Shown here one piece after another: positions 40,273-48,351 of a stretch of DNA of 64,000 nt. The notes beneath the pieces were generated by a model, which was not told where the DNA came from, searched no databases, and was given only the letters and a program-made list of their open reading frames with translations. This DNA comes from Clostridia bacterium (GTDB taxonomy: Bacteria > Bacillota > Clostridia > Christensenellales > QALW01): contig CAAGID010000018.1 of NCBI GenBank assembly GCA_900769815.1, positions 23,080-87,079 on the forward strand, written 5' to 3'. The position numbers were made by a program, and so were the translations under genes. The first letter of the stretch is position 1. The number at the start of each line of letters is the position of its first letter.

Positions 40273-41040
40273 CTATGAATATTTAAGACGTCTTCCTATT
40301 TCTGCTGTTGCTTTTATAATATTGTGTTTTATAAGCTTTTCTTTTTCCGCAAATTGCTTATATTCTTCTTGTGTACATAAATGGGCAACACCGATTGCGC
40401 CTATGCACTTTGTATATTTGAAAATAGCAGCAGCATATCCAAGTAAGATTTTACCATCATCTCTTACACTGTACGTCTGTACAATACCATTTCTATCAAT
40501 TTCTAAAAGCTTTGCCTCCAATGTTTCAAGAGATAAAACTTCGTCCCAGTGTCCTTCGGACGGAAGGCCATTTTTTTCAAAAATTCTTTTTATATCGGAC
40601 TTATCCATATTTGCCATAATAATTCTGCCTGTTGCGGTGCGGTAAATATCATCAGGCATAATTTCTGAACCTTCGGGAAGTATTTTTAACGTATCTATAT
40701 AGTCTATTGTATATTTCTGCCCGCCTTCAACTACTGCAAGGATTACGGAGCACCCTGTTTTCTTATTAAGCCAGCGTATCAACGGGTGGCATATCGTTGC
40801 AAATTCATTCTCATACTTTCCGTATCTTGAAAGACAGTATGTTGCTGGTCCGAGCACATAACCTTTTGCATGGGATATCTGTTTGACATAGCCCTCCATG
40901 GCGAGTGTGGATATTATGTGTGAGCAGGTTGATTTATTGATTCCCGTTATGTTGCTTATATGCAAAAGAGAAACCGGACTGTTTTTTCCTTCTGAAATTG
41001 CATTAAGTATTTTTATTGATTTTTGCACAGAACCTATCAT
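40273..41040 (-). CDS. IclR family transcriptional regulator
   Basis: It has an N-terminal wHTH (SIKILNAISEG....LLHISNITGINKSTCSHII) and a C-terminal ligand-binding domain. The start at 41040 has a gggag RBS; alternative starts are 41076 (ATG) and 41088 (TTG). Confidence 0.85.
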   Translation of the reverse strand: MIGSVQKSIKILNAISEGKNSPVSLLHISNITGINKSTCSHIISTLAMEGYVKQISHAKGYVLGPATYCLSRYGKYENEFATICHPLIRWLNKKTGCSVILAVVEGGQKYTIDYIDTLKILPEGSEIMPDDIYRTATGRIIMANMDKSDIKRIFEKNGLPSEGHWDEVLSLETLEAKLLEIDRNGIVQTYSVRDDGKILLGYAAAIFKYTKCIGAIGVAHLCTQEEYKQFAEKEKLIKHNIIKATAEIGRRLKYS

Positions 41041-41090
41041 ACTATCACTCCCTGAACCAATTATATCACGAATCATTTTGAAAGTCAATG

Positions 41091-41105
41091 TTTCATAATA
41101 TGAAA
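41091..41105. promoter_or_regulatory. candidate operator palindrome (possible IclR box)
   Basis: TTTCATA-a-TATGAAA is a perfect 7+7 inverted repeat at the 5' end of the iclR gene, in the divergent control region. Confidence 0.3.
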
Positions 41106-41455
41106 TTATTTGACATTAATTTTTTTTAATATTATACTGAAAACAGTAAAGATAAAAACAGGAAAATTAAAGGAATTTATTCTTTTAAGTATTAAGGGGA
41201 TGGAAAATCTCTTTATTCATAAAAGTGAAAATGTCAGTTTTGGATTTGTAAAAATAAATTTGATAGCTGTAAGAATTCTCTATTGAGTCTAAAGTAAATA
41301 TCCCCTGTAAAAGAAATATGTTTTGACTGCAGAAATATAAATGAATTTAAAGTCTGAAGTGAGGACAGTGCGAAAATAAGTATTAATAATGGAAAGATTA
41401 AATTTAAAAATGTGTTATATTGAACAATTTTTAAATTAGTATAGAGAGTGAAAAT

Positions 41456-42406
41456 ATGATTTTAACAGATTATTTTAAAAGTAAGCATGATTTGACATGG
41501 GATTACGCAAAGCAATGCGGAGTGGAGTATGGGGTTATAAGGCTTCCCGAAGATAATAGATTTGACATAACAGATTTTTCACATTGGAAGGATGTTTATA
41601 ACAGATTTATCGCATATGGTATAAAACCGTTGATTATTGAACCAATGCCGAACGAACTGCATGACCATATAAAAATAGGGGATAACAAGAGAGATGAATG
41701 TATTGAAAAAGTCATAAAGATAATGGAATACATGGATAAGCTTGACATTAGAACAATTTGTTTTAACTGGATGGCTCATATTGGCTGGCTGAGGACTTCC
41801 GAGGCAATAAAAGAACGTGGAGATGCACTTGTTACCGGGTTTAACCTTGCTGATTTTAAAAAGACAGATGAGAAAATTACAGCAAAAGAATTATGGGAAA
41901 ATTTTGAGTATTTTATAAAAGCGGTGATACCATATGCAGAAAAATATGATGTTAAATTGGCACTTCACCCGGATGACCCGCCTCTTGCAAGGCTTGGAGA
42001 TGTCGAGAGGATAATGGTAAGCTATGAAAATATAAAAAAGGCAATAAATATTGTTGACAGTCCTAATTTGGGTGTTACTATGTGCCAGGCTTGTTATGTC
42101 ATGATGGGAGAAGACCTTAGTAAAGTTATTCCTGAACTGGCTGAAAAGATTTTCTTTATACATTTTAGGAATGTTGTGGGAAATAAATTTGATTTCCACG
42201 AATCATTCCATGATAATGGCATGATTGAAATGGCAAAAACTATGGAACTCTATAAAAAATACAATATAAATGTACCTATCAGAGTTGACCACGTTCCGTT
42301 AATGGCAGGTGAACAACAGGAAGTTGCAGGCTACACTTCCATTGGTAGACTTTTTGCTATAGGTTACTTGAAAGGAATTATAGAATCGGTATATGGAAAA
42401 AAATAA
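41456..42406 (+). CDS. uxuA: UxuA-family mannonate dehydratase (short form)
   Basis: It is collinear with E. coli UxuA as I recall it: IRTICFNWM..WLRT, FIKAVIPYAEKYDVKLALHPDDPP, GVTMCQ, IFFIHFRN, FHESFHDNG, IRVDH, GYTSIGRL. Confidence 0.8.
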   Translation: MILTDYFKSKHDLTWDYAKQCGVEYGVIRLPEDNRFDITDFSHWKDVYNRFIAYGIKPLIIEPMPNELHDHIKIGDNKRDECIEKVIKIMEYMDKLDIRTICFNWMAHIGWLRTSEAIKERGDALVTGFNLADFKKTDEKITAKELWENFEYFIKAVIPYAEKYDVKLALHPDDPPLARLGDVERIMVSYENIKKAINIVDSPNLGVTMCQACYVMMGEDLSKVIPELAEKIFFIHFRNVVGNKFDFHESFHDNGMIEMAKTMELYKKYNINVPIRVDHVPLMAGEQQEVAGYTSIGRLFAIGYLKGIIESVYGKK

Positions 42407-42449
42407 ATTTTGAGTAATCAAGATAGTCTTTGATGATAAGGAGGATATT

Positions 42450-43178
42450 ATGTTTGAGTTAAAAGGGAAAAAAGCACTCGTCACCGGTTCTACTCAGGGA
42501 ATTGGATTGGCAATTGCAGAAGTTTTGTCCGATGTAGGTGCGTTAGTATATATTAATGGTGCTGTTAGTGAGGAAAAAGTACTTGATGCATGTAATAAGG
42601 TTGCCAACAGTAAACCTGCTTTTTGTGATCTGTCTCAGGTCGATTGCGCAGAAAAATTATATAAACTTACAGGAGATATTGATATACTTATACTCAATGC
42701 TTCAATTCAATTTCGCACACCGTGGGAAAAAATTTCTGAAGAAGAGTTCGATAAACAACTTACGGTGAATTTTAAATCCTCATTTCAACTTATGCAGAAA
42801 TATGTTTCATATATGAAGAAACAAAAATGGGGAAGGATTATTACAATTGGAAGTGTTCAACAAAAAGTTCCACATAAAGATATGGCAATATATGCTTCGT
42901 TGAAGTCGGCGCAGGTTAATCTGATAAAAAATCTTGCTGTTCAACTTGCACCCTTTGGGATAACAGTCAATAATGTTGCACCGGGAGTGATTGCCACACC
43001 AAGAAATGAGGCTGCGCTATCGGATAAGGAATATGCTGAAAAAGTTATAAGTTCTATCCCGTGTGGATATACTGGTGAAGCAAAAGATTGTGCTTATCAG
43101 GTGCTTTTATTGGCATCAGATGAAGGAAGATATATTACTGGAGAAGATATATTTATAGATGGAGGAATGAGTTTATGA
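42450..43178 (+). CDS. short-chain dehydrogenase/reductase (SDR)
   Basis: It has the Rossmann motif ALVTGSTQGIGLAIA, NASI, and the catalytic YASLK (YxxxK). Confidence 0.85.
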   Translation: MFELKGKKALVTGSTQGIGLAIAEVLSDVGALVYINGAVSEEKVLDACNKVANSKPAFCDLSQVDCAEKLYKLTGDIDILILNASIQFRTPWEKISEEEFDKQLTVNFKSSFQLMQKYVSYMKKQKWGRIITIGSVQQKVPHKDMAIYASLKSAQVNLIKNLAVQLAPFGITVNNVAPGVIATPRNEAALSDKEYAEKVISSIPCGYTGEAKDCAYQVLLLASDEGRYITGEDIFIDGGMSL

Positions 43179-44083
43179 ATTTTAACGTAAGAGAAGAAGT
43201 AATAGCATTAACACCTCAATGGAAAGGTGAAAGATTGCCTGATGGAAGACCAAAGGTTGATGAAAAATACCTCAAGGCACTTAAAACACTGACATTGGAA
43301 GAAGTATGGAAGCCTATATTTGTAAAAGGTTATGAAAGTCAGTTTGAGGGCAGACTTCACACACTTCACGATGATGGAAGAAAGCTTATCGGACGAGCTG
43401 TCACGGCTACATACTGTCCTTTTCGTCCGGATCTTGATGAGGTCACAAAAGATATTGGTCGCAGTGAAAACAGAACAGGAACATATAATCAGTGGGTTAT
43501 TGATAATCTTATGGAATATGATGTTCCTGTAATAGATATGTATGACAAGATTTATAAAGGAACATTTTTAGGTGGAAACCTTACGACCGCAATAAAAAAC
43601 AAGACAAAGAATGAAAACGGAGGTGCGGTAATCTGGGGAGGTATCCGTGACACTGAACAAATGAAGAAAATTGAGGATACGCAGGTTTATTACAGAGGTA
43701 TAGACCCAACACCTATCCGTGACTTTATAATTACAGGCTTCAATACTGTAACAAGAATAGGAAATGCAGTATGTCTTCCGGGTGATATTGCTTTTGGCGC
43801 GGGCGGCGGTGTTCTTTTTATTCCTGCACATCTTGTTGAAGAGGTTGTAGGTGGAGCCGCAAAGACGCAGGTTAAGGATATGTTTGGTTTTGAAATGATA
43901 AGTCTTAATAAATTCACGACCGCACAAATAGACAAAAACACTTGGTCAAAGGAAATGTTGGATCTGCTTCTTGAATGGATTGAAAAAGATGATAGAGCAA
44001 TAGCTTACAGAGGTCTTGACTGGTCCCATGAATACGATTTGGCTATAAATGGTGATCCCAATGATACACAGTCAGCATTATAA
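43175..44083 (+). CDS. RraA-family protein (HMG/CHA-aldolase-like), long form
   Basis: It overlaps the SDR gene by ATGA. The core GGNLTTAI....GGAVIWGGIRDTEQM....VYYRG..P and PGDIAFGAGGGVLFIPAHL matches the RraA/aldolase family pattern. At 302 aa it carries an N-terminal extension of about 100 aa. Confidence 0.7.
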   Translation: MNFNVREEVIALTPQWKGERLPDGRPKVDEKYLKALKTLTLEEVWKPIFVKGYESQFEGRLHTLHDDGRKLIGRAVTATYCPFRPDLDEVTKDIGRSENRTGTYNQWVIDNLMEYDVPVIDMYDKIYKGTFLGGNLTTAIKNKTKNENGGAVIWGGIRDTEQMKKIEDTQVYYRGIDPTPIRDFIITGFNTVTRIGNAVCLPGDIAFGAGGGVLFIPAHLVEEVVGGAAKTQVKDMFGFEMISLNKFTTAQIDKNTWSKEMLDLLLEWIEKDDRAIAYRGLDWSHEYDLAINGDPNDTQSAL

Positions 44084-45035
44084 TATTTATATAGCATCTT
44101 GTGATCAATACGGCGGTATTTACCGTTTTGGTATGGATAAAACAGGAAAACTGACAAAACCAGTTTTTACTCAAATGGACAGGCCAATGTATATGGTAAT
44201 CAAAGATGGAAAAATGTATATTCTCCTGCGCGCACCTTTTGAAGATAATAATGAGAGTGGATTGATTGTTTATGATATTGATGAAAACGGAGAACTAATA
44301 AATCCTTCTGAAATTAAGTCGACAAAAGGTGAGGTGGCGTGTCACCTGACGGTGGATGAAAAAAATATATATTGTGTTAATTATATTTCTTGGAGTGTTA
44401 TACGTTTGCCTGAGGAAAAGATTATAGTGCATGAAGGAAAAGGTATCAATCCTAAAAGGCAGGAGTGTGCACATACGCATTTTGTGGGAGTAACGCCAGA
44501 TAATAAATTTATCATTGTTACCGATTTGGGGCTTGATACAATATTTATATACGACAAAAATCTAAATTTTAAAAATAAAGCGCAAGTACCCAAAGGGCAT
44601 GGTGCGAGACACCTTATTTTTTCTGATGACGGTAAATATTGTTTTGTTGCAAATGAATTAAAATCTACCGTTTCGCTTCTGGAATATAATAGGGGTGAAT
44701 TAAAATATATTGACACAATAAGTTGTTTGCCAGAAGGATATTCAAGGGAAACAACAGCAAGCGCTATACGTTTTAATGAGGATTGTATTTATGTTTCAAA
44801 TCGCGGACTTGATTCGATAAGTGTTTTAAAAAATCAAAATGGAAAGTTGATTTATAAAGATACATATAGTTGCAATGGAAAGTTTCCAAGAGATTTTGAT
44901 ATTATTGGAAATTATATTATTTGTACTAATGAAAAAAGTAATAGCATCACAGTACTTGATAAGAATAATTTTAATGTGTTATATACAGAAAACAATATAA
45001 AATCTCCTATTTGTGTGGTTCCGAAGAAGGATTGA
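44061..45035 (+). CDS. beta-propeller lactonase family protein (6-phosphogluconolactonase-like)
   Basis: It has repeated blade pattern, including GARHLIFSDDGKYCFVANELKSTVSLLEY. The start is uncertain (44049 or 44061), and both overlap the upstream gene. Confidence 0.75.
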   Translation: MIHSQHYNIYIASCDQYGGIYRFGMDKTGKLTKPVFTQMDRPMYMVIKDGKMYILLRAPFEDNNESGLIVYDIDENGELINPSEIKSTKGEVACHLTVDEKNIYCVNYISWSVIRLPEEKIIVHEGKGINPKRQECAHTHFVGVTPDNKFIIVTDLGLDTIFIYDKNLNFKNKAQVPKGHGARHLIFSDDGKYCFVANELKSTVSLLEYNRGELKYIDTISCLPEGYSRETTASAIRFNEDCIYVSNRGLDSISVLKNQNGKLIYKDTYSCNGKFPRDFDIIGNYIICTNEKSNSITVLDKNNFNVLYTENNIKSPICVVPKKD

Positions 45036-45130
45036 GTTTTTGATGAGAGGTAAATTCCGAAAAATTAAGCAAGATTTTTTCAAATTTTAAGCGTTATAAT
45101 AAAAAATTCATTTCGTCTTTATATAGCAAA

Positions 45131-45177
45131 TGCCCGTTACTCATAAGGAAGTGAGTAACGGGCATTTGGCTTTTTTT
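45131..45177. terminator. 12-bp GC-rich hairpin terminator between convergent operons
   Basis: tgcccgttactc (45131-45142) pairs with gagtaacgggca (45153-45164), followed by tttggcttttttt. Confidence 0.8.
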
Positions 45178-46132
45178 AGTTATTTATAAATTCTTCAATT
45201 ATAAATCTCGGACGGGCTTTAGTTTCGTTATAGATCTTTCCGATATATTCGCCAATAACGCCAAGGGATAATAACTGTATGCCACCAATCATCCATATTG
45301 AACATATGATAGATGCCCAACCGCTGTCTGCATGACCGATAATCTTAATTATAATACTATATATAAGCATAATGAGACTTAAAACGAACAGAATAAATCC
45401 CAAACTTGTAATCATTCTGATGGGTTTAACACTGAAAGAGGTAATGCCGTCTATAGCAAATGCAAGCATTTTCTTTAAAGGATATTTACTCTCGCCGGCA
45501 AAACGTTCACTTCTTTCATATTCAACTACAGATGTTTTATATCCGATTATGGGAACGATTCCGCGAAGGAACAGGTTTACTTCTTTAAACTGTTCTAGTG
45601 CATTTAATGCACGCTTACTCATTAAGCGGTAATCTGCGTGATTATAAACAATATCAACGCCCATTTTTTGTAAAATTCTATAGTAGGCCAGAGCGGTTGT
45701 ACGCTTAAAGGCAGTGTCTTTTTTTCTTGAGGAGCGAACACCGTAAACAATGTCACTTCCATTTTTATATTCTTCAATAAACTTATCAACTACGTTGATG
45801 TCATCCTGAAGATCAGCATCCATAGAGATAACTATATCTGCATATTCTTTTGCGGTCATAAGACCTGCAAGTAAAGCATTCTGATGGCCTTTGTTATGTG
45901 CAAGTTTTATTCCTGAAAAAATACTATCGCTATTGCAGAGCTCAGAAATTAACTGCCAAGTTTTATCTTTTGAACCGTCGTCAACAAAAAGAATACGGCT
46001 TCTGTCACTTATATAACCTAATTCAATAAGCGAATTAACTTTTTCTTTTAAACGTTTTGAAGTTTCAGGTAAAACTTCTTCCTCGTTATAGCAGGGAACT
46101 GCAATATATAAAATATCATTCATTTTCTTCAC
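45176..46132 (-). CDS. family 2 glycosyltransferase, polyprenyl-phosphate sugar transferase type (GtrB/CsbB-like)
   Basis: It has a GT-A N-terminus (VPCYNEE, VDDGSKD, DADLQD) and two C-terminal TM helices. Confidence 0.88.
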   Translation of the reverse strand: MKKMNDILYIAVPCYNEEEVLPETSKRLKEKVNSLIELGYISDRSRILFVDDGSKDKTWQLISELCNSDSIFSGIKLAHNKGHQNALLAGLMTAKEYADIVISMDADLQDDINVVDKFIEEYKNGSDIVYGVRSSRKKDTAFKRTTALAYYRILQKMGVDIVYNHADYRLMSKRALNALEQFKEVNLFLRGIVPIIGYKTSVVEYERSERFAGESKYPLKKMLAFAIDGITSFSVKPIRMITSLGFILFVLSLIMLIYSIIIKIIGHADSGWASIICSIWMIGGIQLLSLGVIGEYIGKIYNETKARPRFIIEEFINN

Positions 46133-46742
46133 CTGTAATCAATTCTTTCGCATAGGGGAGTGATTTGATCCAATTGCAATAAACGTGCCATTCATCAAGT
46201 TTGTGCGTTCTTCTTGCGAAATACATATTTCTAAGGTTTTCATAATTCATTGTTACCGTACGCATCTGGTTAAAGCTTGAAGGTAGCAACTGTATAAGAT
46301 TGTACCACAAAGCTTTGTCTTTTGTTTCAAGATATTTCTGACGTACATCTTCAATATATTTAAGAAGCTCGTCCATTATCTTTAAAGAAGACTCATTCAA
46401 TTTATCAAATGAGAAATCTTCTCTTGTAAGCTCCTTTGAATGAATTTTATGCATTGTAGAACAACTATTTGCAACAGTGCCTACCTTATAAGTATCAAAC
46501 TCTTTCCACCAATAAAGAGGGGCGGTAATGTCGACGGAAACAAATATCATTCGCATAAATTTTCTGTGATCACTTCCTGCAAATGCAAGTTTCTTTGCAA
46601 GATTCAGGTCATTTTCGCCCATAATGAAATTGCCGTTTTCGTCGTAAAAACTGTCCATACGATTCCAGCTGTTAAATGGATTTCTTGCGCCGCGTATTGC
46701 ATTTTCAAAATTCATTACTTCGGTTCTTTCAATTTTTATCAT
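46116..46742 (-). CDS. ThyX-fold (Thy1-like) protein lacking the ThyX catalytic signature
   Basis: It is collinear with ThyX: [46 protein letters not shown]..KLDEW. The position of the RHR..S....S.RY motif reads [15 protein letters not shown]. The stop overlaps the downstream GT start by 17 nt. Confidence 0.55.
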   Translation of the reverse strand: [208 protein letters not shown]

Positions 46743-47380
46743 ATTATTACTCCTTTATAATATACAAAGTAGCTCCATTTTTCGTTAATATCTAATTTAT
46801 CTGAATACTGACCGACAAGTTCCCATTCCATAGGTGGACCGTTTGGTTCGTAAACGTATCCTTCAAATCTATCTTCAAGGTCTAAAGTAACAATACAATA
46901 GGCAAATTTTCCATCGCCAATAGATTCAACGATAACTTTTTGTTCTGGCGCAACATAAAAGATACTTTTTTCATCAATCTCATATTCGCCTTCTTTTTGT
47001 ATTTGAGGATTATTTACTATCTGATTAAATGTTTTTTCGTGCTTTAAAAAGTCAGATTCCATTTTTGTGTTTGATGAATCATTAACTAATGCGATAGCCA
47101 TAAAAGTACCTGATAGAGCGATTGCGATAGGGGTTATAAAAGACATCTTATTATACTTGAAAATAATAACAGCCGATATAATTATCAAAGTAAGTGATAA
47201 TATGGGAAAAATGAAAAACATAATTGGTGCGAATTTGTCGAAAAAATGGTATATTAAACTAAAATTTATAAATGCAAGATGAGCAAAAACGGCAAATATT
47301 ATTGCTGATAAAGAAAATAATATCAAATACAACTTCCCATGGGTTAAAGGTCTTTGTTGCTTTGAAAATTTTTTATTCAT
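46739..47380 (-). CDS. hypothetical membrane protein (about 4 TM plus a C-terminal soluble domain of about 100 aa)
   Basis: The ATG at 47380 is preceded by a ggagga RBS. It overlaps the next gene by ATGA. I recognise no family. Confidence 0.6.
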   Translation of the reverse strand: MNKKFSKQQRPLTHGKLYLILFSLSAIIFAVFAHLAFINFSLIYHFFDKFAPIMFFIFPILSLTLIIISAVIIFKYNKMSFITPIAIALSGTFMAIALVNDSSNTKMESDFLKHEKTFNQIVNNPQIQKEGEYEIDEKSIFYVAPEQKVIVESIGDGKFAYCIVTLDLEDRFEGYVYEPNGPPMEWELVGQYSDKLDINEKWSYFVYYKGVII

Positions 47381-47407
47381 AATGACATCCTCCAAAGTAT
47401 TTATTAT

Positions 47408-47436
47408 ATTATACAATATGTTTTGTCCATAGTCAA
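47408..47436 (-). promoter_or_regulatory. consensus sigmaA promoter of the membrane-protein/ThyX-like/GT operon
   Basis: On the minus strand, TTGACT is followed after 17 nt by TGTATAAT (extended -10). Confidence 0.65.
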
Positions 47437-47488
47437 GATGTAGAAATATAAAGCGCAAAATTATTAAAAAATAAGCTCAAATCAGAGC

Positions 47489-48166
47489 TTATTTTTTTGT
47501 TATTTTATTATAAATAAATATACCCATTAAACAGATAATTCCTGTTATTATAAAAATAAATAAAGCAAAAAAATATTTCTTTTCGCTAAGAGCATTTCCG
47601 CCAACCGTAGATGTGATAATTGAGGGGAATTTTGCTAAAGTGCTTATCATTATATAGGGCAAAAATTTTATTGGTGTGAGACCTGCTACGTAAGATAATA
47701 AATCTTTCGGTGTGCCGGGAATAAAAAATAAAACAAATACTAAGTAATATATTTTGTTTTTATTTTGTAAAATTTTCAATGAATTTATTTTCTCATCACT
47801 AAAAAATAAATTAACAAATTTTCTGCCGAATTTTTTTGCAAGAAAGAACACTATACTTGAACTTATAAGAGAAGAAAAGATACAAAGTAATGTTCCTCCA
47901 AATGCACCAAAGGTATATCCTGCCAAAATTTCAAAAGGTTCGCCGGGGACAAGAGAAAAAATAATTTGAAATAAAAGCATACCAATATATAATAAGTATC
48001 CCCAAATACCTAAGTCTGTAATTGTCGTTCTGAATTTTTCAGGCTCACTTGCAAATTTTAAAAGCGGTATACCAATAAAAATACTTACAAGTGTAGCAAA
48101 AATCAGAATAAGGATAACTATAAAAATTCCATGAAATTTTTTACTTCTGAATATTGAATTCTTCAT
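47489..48166 (-). CDS. TVP38/TMEM64 (DedA-related) family membrane protein
   Basis: It contains LVPGEPFEILAGYTFG and FFIPGTPKDLLSYVAGLT and is polytopic. A terminator hairpin at 47471-47492 spans the stop codon. Confidence 0.8.
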   Translation of the reverse strand: MKNSIFRSKKFHGIFIVILILIFATLVSIFIGIPLLKFASEPEKFRTTITDLGIWGYLLYIGMLLFQIIFSLVPGEPFEILAGYTFGAFGGTLLCIFSSLISSSIVFFLAKKFGRKFVNLFFSDEKINSLKILQNKNKIYYLVFVLFFIPGTPKDLLSYVAGLTPIKFLPYIMISTLAKFPSIITSTVGGNALSEKKYFFALFIFIITGIICLMGIFIYNKITKK

Positions 48167-48175
48167 AACAACCTC

Positions 48176-48315
48176 AAAAAAGTTGCTTGTAAACTTGCAT
48201 CAGATCGACCTGCGGCACAAGCGAAAATTTGCTTAATGCTGCTGCCTCCCGGCCCTGACATGGTTCACAACATCACCTTGCGCAGAACCCAATGCAAGTT
48301 TACAAGCAACTTTAC
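48176..48315 (-). ncRNA. ffs: signal recognition particle RNA, small (4.5S-like) type
   Basis: The minus strand reads ..CCAUGUCAGGGCCGGGAGGCAGCAGC..CUUGUGCCGCAGGUCGAUCUGAUG.., matching the domain IV core of E. coli 4.5S (GGUCAGGUCCGGAAGGAAGCAGC ... GUGUGCCGGGAUGUAGCUGG). It has a GNRA (GGGA) tetraloop. An 18-bp perfect closing stem pairs 48182-48199 with 48293-48310, followed by a U-run. Confidence 0.85.
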
Positions 48316-48321
48316 GTGTAT

Positions 48322-48350
48322 ATAATACCACTAGATTCAATTTTAAGCAA
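48322..48350 (-). promoter_or_regulatory. sigmaA promoter of the SRP RNA gene
   Basis: On the minus strand, TTGCTT is followed after 17 nt by TATTAT. This places the start a few nt before the closing stem. Confidence 0.55.
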
Positions 48351-48351
48351 C

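Noticed and set aside
41106-41455. Possible riboswitch or small ORF in the long leader of the uxuA-like operon.
   Set aside because: I could identify no conserved riboswitch core, no stable terminator/antiterminator pair, and no ORF with an RBS. It is left as an unexplained leader (see findings).
48182-48310. An 18-bp perfect inverted repeat pair, first considered as IS/MITE termini or a riboswitch for the TVP38 gene.
   Set aside because: The enclosed sequence contains the universally conserved SRP RNA domain IV motifs with a GNRA loop. The repeats are the closing helix of the SRP RNA.
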